Shown here one piece after another: positions 7,424 to 14,199 of a stretch of DNA of 16,141 nucleotides. The notes below the pieces were generated by a model. That model was not told where the DNA came from and made no database searches. It saw only the letters and a list, made by a program, of their open reading frames with translations. Source of the DNA: Archangium sp. (GTDB lineage: Bacteria; Myxococcota; Myxococcia; Myxococcales; Myxococcaceae); the NCBI GenBank assembly GCA_031367385.1, contig JANLPS010000366.1, positions 1 to 16,141 on the forward strand. Direction: 5' to 3'. Numbering within the stretch: position 1 is the stretch's first letter; each line of letters starts with the position of its first letter. Made by a program: the position numbers and the translations under genes.

Positions 7424-8133
7424 GGGCGGCCCTGCTGCTTGCCTCAATGCTCGTGGTCGCATGCAAGGGCACGATCATGGGCCCACTTCAGCCCCTGACG
7501 GCCGACGGCCCGGGCGTCAATGACCCCAGCACCCTGGGCGACGGCTCCCAGCCGCCGGTGATCACCTCTCAGGCCGCGGTCTGCAGCACCGGCCCCAAAG
7601 GGCGATCGTACAAGAGCCTCGATGGTCACCCGCTCGAGTACGACCGCGCCAACGTCGACCTCGGCGTCGACATTGCGCGCCTGCCGACCTCGGGGCAGTT
7701 GATCGAGACCCAACGCGGCGGCCTCGGCCAAGACTTCTACCAGCTGCACCTCTACACGAGGGAGTTCGGCGAAGCCTTTGGCCAGCAAGAGGGGCTGACC
7801 CTTCGGGGGTGGTTTCAGCCGACGACCCCCGGCATCTCGCTGGCGTGGACGTTTTTCTATTCGTCGTACCGGGCATGCCTCGAGGCGGTGACGAACCCGC
7901 AGATTTACCAGCCCCCCGAGGCGTGGAAGCAGACGCCGACCGCCCAAACTGCGCCAGTGCAGTGCCGACGGTGGATGATGACCCTCTGGTGGGACCTGCC
8001 GACCGAAGAGCAGGTCGCCGACTGCGCTGACTTCGCGGTGAACGAGATACCAACCCTGGCCCAAACGCCCGCGCAGCAGTGGGCCTATGTCTGCGCTTCG
8101 ATCATGAGCAGCGCGGCGGGAGTGGCGTACTGA
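7420..8133 (+). CDS. Cys-containing lipoprotein of unknown function
   Basis: ATGA overlap at 7420-7423. MRAALLLASMLVVAC gives lipobox VVAC. There are five further Cys and a helical C-terminus. Confidence 0.75.
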   Translation: MRAALLLASMLVVACKGTIMGPLQPLTADGPGVNDPSTLGDGSQPPVITSQAAVCSTGPKGRSYKSLDGHPLEYDRANVDLGVDIARLPTSGQLIETQRGGLGQDFYQLHLYTREFGEAFGQQEGLTLRGWFQPTTPGISLAWTFFYSSYRACLEAVTNPQIYQPPEAWKQTPTAQTAPVQCRRWMMTLWWDLPTEEQVADCADFAVNEIPTLAQTPAQQWAYVCASIMSSAAGVAY

Positions 8134-8134
8134 C

Positions 8135-9310
8135 ATGGCGTTCAAGCTCTCTCGACGTGCCCTCTTTCAATCGGCGGCCGCGACGGCGGTGCTCTCAACG
8201 ACCCAGGCCGGAGCGGCGCCGAAGCTGCAGACGACCGTGGTGCTGTTGGGGCTCTCCGGCGGGCATCACCAGATGTTCTCGTCGGCCGACACCATGGTGA
8301 ACCACAGCAAGGGCGGCTTTGGCGTCACCGCGAGCAACATCGTGATGACTGCCGGCGGGTTCGGCGTCGACGCAGGCACCTTCGGCCAGCTGGGAGACCT
8401 GGCCCTCAACAACGCGGCCACGGTGGGTGTTGCGCATGGCATCGGGGCTCACCTCTCGGGGTATCGCGCCTGCTTCTTCGACGGCAACACCAGCCTGCCG
8501 ATCAAGCTCGCCACGGCCATGGGCGGCGCGCACGCGCTCAAGTGCGTTCAACTGGGCCCCGAGTTTCCTGGCCCGAGTCGGGCGATGGGCGAGGTCTCGA
8601 TGCAGAAGATACCCGACGTGACGGGCCTCTTGGCCGCGCTGGGCCTCTCGAGCAATGACCCGACGTTGCCGACCCGAGATGCGTCATCGGCGGCAATTCG
8701 GCTGGTACAGAAGCTGTCGGCGCGTCGCTACCAACAGCACCCGAACGCGCTGTTGCCATTCGCAGAGGCCAACCAGGCGTTGCAGGGGGTGCTGCAGACC
8801 CCGCCGGTGACGCTGAACTGGGCCGAGGTGGCGCGAGCCTACGGCATGCCGGCGGGAGCGACGGCCATCGGTGACCTCGCCTCACGGTTCGCGGCGGCCG
8901 AGCTGCTCGTTCGGGCTGACGTGAACGTGATCGCGATCAGCGACGTCGGTGGGTACGACGATCACGATGACACCACGGGTGAATTCGCACGAAATCGGTA
9001 CGCGACCGGGGTGATCCCCTCGCTGAGGACGTTCTTGAACCGCACGTTGGCGATGCCCAATCGACAGGTGATCACCTGCGTCATGGGCGAGTTCGGCCGC
9101 GATACCGATTCGAACCACGCCGGCGTGACCTGCGCGAACGTGTTTGGCACGGGCATCAGGCCCGGTACGACCGGGCGAATCATCGCCGAGTCGTGCTCGC
9201 TCCCACAGGGTACGGCGGGGTGGCAGGGGTTTTACGCGCTGCTGGCTTCTGCCGCGGGCGCCGAGCCGGTCTTCGGGGCCAACCCGCACGACCTCGTGCG
9301 CACGGCGTGA
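8135..9310 (+). CDS. Tat-exported DUF1501-like protein (predicted alkaline-phosphatase-superfamily fold)
   Basis: Twin-arginine signal SRRALFQ with an AGA-A cleavage region. Motifs 'VVLLGLSGG', 'HGIGAH', 'GGYDDH' and 'MGEFGR....NH'. Starts 1 nt after the upstream stop. Confidence 0.8.
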   Translation: MAFKLSRRALFQSAAATAVLSTTQAGAAPKLQTTVVLLGLSGGHHQMFSSADTMVNHSKGGFGVTASNIVMTAGGFGVDAGTFGQLGDLALNNAATVGVAHGIGAHLSGYRACFFDGNTSLPIKLATAMGGAHALKCVQLGPEFPGPSRAMGEVSMQKIPDVTGLLAALGLSSNDPTLPTRDASSAAIRLVQKLSARRYQQHPNALLPFAEANQALQGVLQTPPVTLNWAEVARAYGMPAGATAIGDLASRFAAAELLVRADVNVIAISDVGGYDDHDDTTGEFARNRYATGVIPSLRTFLNRTLAMPNRQVITCVMGEFGRDTDSNHAGVTCANVFGTGIRPGTTGRIIAESCSLPQGTAGWQGFYALLASAAGAEPVFGANPHDLVRTA

Positions 9311-9314
9311 CGAC

Positions 9315-10142
9315 CTAGGCCTTGCTGCGCCGCCCGCCAGAAAACGCCTCGTTGAAGGCCAGCAGGTCTTGCTCGCGCTTGAGCAGGGCCCCCAAGAAGG
9401 GGAGATTTTCGTCGAGCTTGAGCGAGGTGATGCCGCTCGCTTTGAGCGCCGCGAGCCAATCAACCAGCTCACTGGTCGACGGGCGCTTGCGCAGCCGGGT
9501 GAGCGCGCGAAGCTCGTAGAAGATCTTCATCGCTTGATCGACCAGCGACTCCGAGAGCCCAGGGTGGTGCACGTGCACGATGCGCCGCATCAATTCTTGG
9601 TCGGGAAAATCGATGAAGTGAAACACGCAGCGCCGCAAGAACGCGTCGGGTAAATCTTTCTCGTTGTTCGAGGTGATGATCACCACCGGCCGCACCGTGG
9701 CGGCGACCTCGCGATCGGTCTCGATGATGCGAAAGCGCATGCGGTCGAGCTCGTGCAGCAAATCGTTGGGGAACTCGAGGTCGGCCTTGTCGATCTCGTC
9801 GATCAGCAGCACCTTGCGCTCGTTGCCCGCGAACGACTCGCCCATCGGCCCCATGCGAAGGTACTTGTTGATGTCGCGCACATCGTGATCGTTGAAGCGC
9901 GAGTCATGCAGGCGTTGCACCGCGTCGTACACGTAGAGCCCGTCTTGCGCCTTGGTGGTGCTCTTCACGTGCCAGGTCAGCAGCGGCAGCGAAAGCGCCT
10001 TCGAGATGGCCTCGGCGAGCAGGGTCTTGCCGGTGCCGGGCTCGCCTTTGACGAGCAGGGGGCGCTGCAGCACGAGCGCGCAGTCGACCGCTGAACGCAG
10101 GCTTTCACTGGTGAGATAGGTGTCGGTGCCCTGAAAACGCAT
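9315..10142 (-). CDS. MoxR-family AAA+ ATPase (PA2707-like subfamily)
   Basis: Start set at ATG 10142 (MRFQGTDTY). Walker A GEPGTGKT, 'WHVKSTTKA..GLY.YDAV.RL', Walker B LLIDEIDKAD, 'TSNNEKDLPDAFLRRC' and 'PSTSELVDW'. Confidence 0.95.
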   Translation of the reverse strand: MRFQGTDTYLTSESLRSAVDCALVLQRPLLVKGEPGTGKTLLAEAISKALSLPLLTWHVKSTTKAQDGLYVYDAVQRLHDSRFNDHDVRDINKYLRMGPMGESFAGNERKVLLIDEIDKADLEFPNDLLHELDRMRFRIIETDREVAATVRPVVIITSNNEKDLPDAFLRRCVFHFIDFPDQELMRRIVHVHHPGLSESLVDQAMKIFYELRALTRLRKRPSTSELVDWLAALKASGITSLKLDENLPFLGALLKREQDLLAFNEAFSGGRRSKA

Positions 10143-10197
10143 GGCCCTTTGTAACGTGTGCTTTCTCCGTTCGCGAGGACAGCTACACTCCCTGGCC

Positions 10198-10971
10198 GTG
10201 CTCAAGTGGAAATTGATGATCACCACGCTGCCAGTGGTCGTGGCGGTGTCGGCGGCCAAGGCGTTGCTCGAGTTCGGGTTCAACTGGCCAGGCGCGGTGG
10301 AGTTCGCTGATGTGGGTGTGGTGCTCACGGCCGGCGTTTTTCTGACCGGCTTTCTGCTGACCGGCACAATGGCCGACTACAAAGAGGCCGAGAAGCTGCC
10401 CGGAGAGGTCGCCTCGACGCTCGAGTTGCTCGAGGAGATCATGGTGTTGGCGTCGTCGACGCGGCCCACGCTCCAGTTGCCCGAGCTGCGCAAGAAGGTG
10501 CTGGTGCTCACCGAGTCGATTCAGGGGTGGCTGTTCAAGAAGGTGACGACTCCGGCGATGTTCGAGTCGCTGACGGTGTTCACCGCGGTGCTGGCACAGC
10601 TCGAGCGCGATGGTGCAGGCCCGTATGCCTCGCGGGCGATACCGCAGCTGGCGGGGCTGAGAAAAACGGTCGCGCGCATCGATGTGATTTCGCGAACGGG
10701 GTTCTTGCCGCCCGCGTATGCGCTGCTCGAGACGTTGCTCGGGTTGATTCTGATTCTGGTCGTGGCCGCGAAGTACAAGTCGATGCTGGCGGAGTTCATT
10801 TTGGTGCCGGTGCTGACGCTGATCTACGTCTACATGCTGCGGCTGATCAAAGACGTCGATGACCCGTTCGACTACGCGCCCGATGGGTCGCGGCGGGGCG
10901 GGGCCGAGGTCGAGCTGTTTCCCCTCGAAGAATATGCGGGGCGGTTGCGGGAGCGGGTCAAGGGGGAGTAG
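10198..10971 (+). CDS. Multi-pass membrane protein, bestrophin-like/DUF4239-like
   Basis: Likely start GTG 10198, since the ORF-track start overlaps moxR. Two N-terminal hydrophobic helices, a soluble helical region, two C-terminal hydrophobic helices, then 'DVDDPF'. Confidence 0.65.
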   Translation: MLKWKLMITTLPVVVAVSAAKALLEFGFNWPGAVEFADVGVVLTAGVFLTGFLLTGTMADYKEAEKLPGEVASTLELLEEIMVLASSTRPTLQLPELRKKVLVLTESIQGWLFKKVTTPAMFESLTVFTAVLAQLERDGAGPYASRAIPQLAGLRKTVARIDVISRTGFLPPAYALLETLLGLILILVVAAKYKSMLAEFILVPVLTLIYVYMLRLIKDVDDPFDYAPDGSRRGGAEVELFPLEEYAGRLRERVKGE

Positions 10972-11683
10972 CGGGCCCGAACTTCGCGGCCCGCCCCTCG
11001 TGCACTTTCATGAACGCCTCGAAGCCCGCTCGCGAATCGAGTTGAAATTCGGGGAGCCTCGCCAGCGCCTCGTCGTCGAAGTGGTACTGCTCGATGACCA
11101 GGCTCGCGCGCACTCCGGTCGGAGCCCCTGTGAAGGCCTGAACCGCGTGAGAGAGGTCTCCGCGAAAGTGGAGCACGGTGTTTTCACGCGGGGTCACCAT
11201 CGCGACGGGTTTCTTGCCGTCCCAGAGCATCAGCGCTCCGCCAGTCACCTGTGGGGGCACGGTCAAGTACAGCACCGACACCATCTGAGGCGCACAGGTT
11301 TCGACGCCCGCGGGCTCTCGCAGCGTCACGTCGAGGTGCTTGGCCACCGCGCCTCCTTCGCTCACCAGCAGCACGTTGAGGTACCAGGCGTTGGGGACCC
11401 GCTCGAGTGGCCTTCGGCGTCGCCAAAACGGCGTCATCACCCGCGTCGCCGGAGCGCCCAGCACCGCCTCGAGCCACGGCGTCACGCTGGGAAATCGGTC
11501 TTCGACGCGCTGTCGACCGGCGTCACCCCGAAAGGTCACCGCGAACCCGCGGCTCGACTGAAATGGGCCGGCCAGCGTGCTACGACCCACCAGTGGAGAC
11601 GCCAGAAGGGCCTCTCGCAGCGCCTCGAACTCGGGCCTCGGCAGCGCCTTGCGACGGGTCACCAGCTTCCACAACCGGTTCAC
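10958..11683 (-). CDS. 2-oxoglutarate/Fe(II)-dependent oxygenase
   Basis: HxD (KHLD), 'VSVLYL', 'GGAL', distal His (LSHAV) and RxS (RASL). GTGA overlap with the upstream gene. Confidence 0.88.
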   Translation of the reverse strand: MNRLWKLVTRRKALPRPEFEALREALLASPLVGRSTLAGPFQSSRGFAVTFRGDAGRQRVEDRFPSVTPWLEAVLGAPATRVMTPFWRRRRPLERVPNAWYLNVLLVSEGGAVAKHLDVTLREPAGVETCAPQMVSVLYLTVPPQVTGGALMLWDGKKPVAMVTPRENTVLHFRGDLSHAVQAFTGAPTGVRASLVIEQYHFDDEALARLPEFQLDSRAGFEAFMKVHEGRAAKFGPATPP

Positions 11684-12783
11684 GTCGGAGAGAGCGGCGG
11701 CGCCTCAGGCTCGGTGTCGACCGGCTCGGGCGGCAACCGTCGCGGAGGCACTCGCAGCGGCGGAGGCACCGGGCAATTCATGCATGGCCCGCGCAGCGGC
11801 ACATTGAGCGTTCGGCCCACCCGCAGCGGCGTGGTGCCCAGCGCATTGGCCCGTTGAATCAGCGCCACCGAGCTGCCGTAGCGCGTCGCGATGCGGCCCA
11901 GCGTGTCGCCTTTGACAACCCGGTGAATCAGCACGTTCTGCTCGGGCACCTTGGCCAGCAGCGGCTGCAGGCGGCGGCCGAGCTCTTGCGAACGCGGCGA
12001 GAAGAAGCGCACGTGAAAGTGATCTCGGTGCCCACGGGCGTGCTGCACCAACGCGTTGAACCCGGCGTGAAAGAGCGAGTCGAGCCAGTCGCGGTCTTCA
12101 CCATGCGCCAGCGCCCAATCGTAGAGCACCTTCTGCACGCGGCGATCGACCAGCACCATCTGCACGTCGGTCTGCATCACCAGCGCCTTGAGCAACGTGA
12201 AGTTCTCGGCTGGGTCGAGCAGCAATTCTCTCGCCTTGACCGGGTGGCCCAACGAGGCCGGGTCTTTGTAGAAGAACCCGACATCGACATCGCGGCCCGA
12301 CTGGTGGCTCTGGTGCGGTCGCAGGTACCCGCCGTCTTTCTTGCCGATGTGGTTGATGCGCAGCGGCCCGCAAGTGGGAAATTGCTCGTGAACCGCGGTG
12401 GCGGCGGCGATCAACCCGTCGACCGTCTCGCGCGTGCCCCAGGCGTTCTCGGGGGCGATCACCGTCCACGTCTTGCCTGGCGGCATTTGAATGCCATTGA
12501 TCAACCGGCCCGCTTCGGTGAACCCGACCGAGACGGTGCCCAGCGAAGCCGCGTCGTCCTTCCACATCGCTTCGAGCTCTTCGTCGCTCAGGTCGGCCGA
12601 GTAGAGCAGGCCGCCATCGGTGGCCTCCCCTTGAAGCCCAGAGAGCTCAGACTCGCCTTCAGGCACGGTCTCGATCGAGTCGGCCGGGTCATCGGCGACG
12701 GCCAGCGCAGGTGCACCGTTGGCGCCGGCATCAGGTGCCGTGAGGGGCTGCGCGAGCGCTGTCAGCAAGAGCACCCAAAGCAT
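11680..12783 (-). CDS. MepA-type (penicillin-insensitive) murein endopeptidase with C-terminal LysM
   Basis: Signal peptide and acidic linker, 'GRLING..M', LAS zinc motifs HQSHQSGRDVD and HRDHFH, LysM 'HRVVKGDTLGRIATRYGSSVALIQRAN...LRVGRTLNVP', and a Pro-rich tail. Confidence 0.9.
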   Translation of the reverse strand: MLWVLLLTALAQPLTAPDAGANGAPALAVADDPADSIETVPEGESELSGLQGEATDGGLLYSADLSDEELEAMWKDDAASLGTVSVGFTEAGRLINGIQMPPGKTWTVIAPENAWGTRETVDGLIAAATAVHEQFPTCGPLRINHIGKKDGGYLRPHQSHQSGRDVDVGFFYKDPASLGHPVKARELLLDPAENFTLLKALVMQTDVQMVLVDRRVQKVLYDWALAHGEDRDWLDSLFHAGFNALVQHARGHRDHFHVRFFSPRSQELGRRLQPLLAKVPEQNVLIHRVVKGDTLGRIATRYGSSVALIQRANALGTTPLRVGRTLNVPLRGPCMNCPVPPPLRVPPRRLPPEPVDTEPEAPPLSPT

Positions 12784-12811
12784 CAGAGGGCGCTTCTACC
12801 CGAGGATGGCC

Positions 12812-13213
12812 CTACTTGTACTCGTAGTTTTTCAGCGGCACATGTCCGAGCGGGTCGGATGGATTGAGCGTCACTTTGTCTTCTTTTTTCGGGGCATAGG
12901 CGCCGTTCATCTGCGCGTGCACGTACACAACGACCTTGTTGCGATCAGCCATTTTGAGGGTGCAGGGGCCGAAGTAGCGCTCGAGGGCGCCCATGTAGCG
13001 GCTCGATGGCGCACCCGGTCGAAGGCCGAGGGCCGACCCTAAATTATGAAGGGCTTGGAGCGCCTGCGGGCCCAACCCCTCGCCTTTTGCCGACATTTCG
13101 CACAGCTCGTCGACCGTGGCCCAGGCGTCTTCGTCTGAGAAAAATTCTGCCTCGGCGGCCCGCCCGAGGCTTTGAACAAAGCGTGCACACAGCAGTTGGA
13201 GCGCCTCGGTCAT
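12812..13213 (-). CDS. Hypothetical protein (133 aa)
   Basis: Fills the gap between two confident genes. ATG is preceded by GAGGTAGGG. Composition is protein-like, but I recognise no motif. Confidence 0.6.
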   Translation of the reverse strand: MTEALQLLCARFVQSLGRAAEAEFFSDEDAWATVDELCEMSAKGEGLGPQALQALHNLGSALGLRPGAPSSRYMGALERYFGPCTLKMADRNKVVVYVHAQMNGAYAPKKEDKVTLNPSDPLGHVPLKNYEYK

Positions 13214-13317
13214 GGAGACACCCTACCTCGGCTCACATCGGTGGGGGCAAGGGGGTCGCATGGCATTTTTTTGTCAGCAACTTCGGGGCGTCTGCACCGA
13301 TAACCTGATGGTTCTCC

Positions 13318-14160
13318 ATGCCAATTACCGCCGCCGGGCCCTCGGGCAGCACCACGACGATCACCGACCCGCAGCACCGGGGTGGTGAGCCCGCGCGCTT
13401 CGAGCCTGCCGAGCGAATCAAGACCGGCATCAAAGAGGCGTCTGACGTGGTCGCGCTGCCAGGTGGGCGGTTTTTGATCGTCGGCGACACCTCGAGCAAG
13501 GTGGGTGTGATCGACGCCAACGGCAACCTCACCAAGATGGAGCTGCCGGGCCTGCCCAAGAAGAAACCGAGCGAGATGGAGGGCGTGACCTACGACCCGA
13601 TTCGCCACAACCTGATGATCTCGCGTGAAGAGAACCGCGAGATCTACCGCTACGACTGGAACCCGGACAAGTCGAAGGCGCCGGAGCTCAAGAAGAAGAT
13701 CGACGTGAAGCACCTGGGCGGCCCGACCAACAAGGGCGTCGAAGGCCTCGCGTATCTGCCTGGTGAGCAGTCTCCGTGGCGGGTGCCGGTGATGTTGGGC
13801 GTCAAAGAAGGCAACCCGCGGCAGCTGATGATGTTCGATGCGGGCGGCAGCAAGTCGTACACGACGGTGAAGCTCGACCCGCGCATTCGCGACCTCTGCA
13901 AAGACTTCTCGGCCATCGCGGTCGACCCCAAGACCGGGCACGTCTACATCTCGTCAGACGCGTCGGCGGTGGTGGTCGAGATCGAGCTCAAGGGCTCGGG
14001 CCAGAACGTGACCGCGACCATGATAGGCGACCCCTTCGCCATCGAAGACGAGAAGAAGAAGCCGCTCAAGCGCATCGAAGGCCTGACCTTCAACGAGCAG
14101 GGTGACTTGTTCGTGCTGACTGAGAATGACGGCGACCTGCTTCGCCTCGCTCGCAAATAG
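13318..14160 (+). CDS. SdiA-regulated/YjiK-like beta-propeller protein
   Basis: Blade motifs 'KEASDV', 'EMEGVTYD', 'NKGVEGLAY', 'DFSAIAVDP.TGHVYISSD' and 'IEGLTFNEQGDLFVLTE'. Strong GC3 codon bias. Confidence 0.8.
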   Translation: MPITAAGPSGSTTTITDPQHRGGEPARFEPAERIKTGIKEASDVVALPGGRFLIVGDTSSKVGVIDANGNLTKMELPGLPKKKPSEMEGVTYDPIRHNLMISREENREIYRYDWNPDKSKAPELKKKIDVKHLGGPTNKGVEGLAYLPGEQSPWRVPVMLGVKEGNPRQLMMFDAGGSKSYTTVKLDPRIRDLCKDFSAIAVDPKTGHVYISSDASAVVVEIELKGSGQNVTATMIGDPFAIEDEKKKPLKRIEGLTFNEQGDLFVLTENDGDLLRLARK

Positions 14161-14169
14161 CCTTCAGGG

Positions 14170-14188
14170 CTGGCCGCAATGTGGCCAG
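14170..14188. terminator. Hairpin between convergent genes, possible terminator
   Basis: CTGGCCGC-AAT-GTGGCCAG forms an 8-bp stem with one G-U pair. No U-tract. Confidence 0.3.
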
Positions 14189-14199
14189 ATCGGCCCCGC

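Noticed and set aside
6425..7462. 345-aa minus-strand ORF that could restore co-orientation between moxR and vWA
   Set aside because: Antisense of the CxxCH gene. The + frame has the signal peptide, the motifs and operon coupling.
6381..10139. 10-bp inverted repeat CGTTTTCAGG (6381-6390) / CCTGAAAACG (10130-10139)
   Set aside because: It does not extend, the second copy lies inside the moxR coding sequence, no recombinase is nearby, and 10-mers recur by chance in 16 kb.
10143..10367. N-terminal extension of the MoxR ORF
   Set aside because: Overlaps the divergent membrane-protein gene. The family-typical start is MRFQGT at 10142.
11773..11784. CMNC as a heme c site
   Set aside because: Followed by Pro rather than His, so it is not CxxCH.
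11407..12867. 486-aa + strand ORF (and the 332-aa ORF at 10859-11857)
   Set aside because: Arg-rich shadow frames over the MepA-LysM and oxygenase genes.
13261..13275. Sigma54-like TGGCA-T7-GTC upstream of the YjiK-like gene
   Set aside because: The GG-N10-GC spacing is not met (one nt short, and GT rather than GC). Sigma54 spacing is strict. Worth revisiting only if the T-run is a sequencing error.
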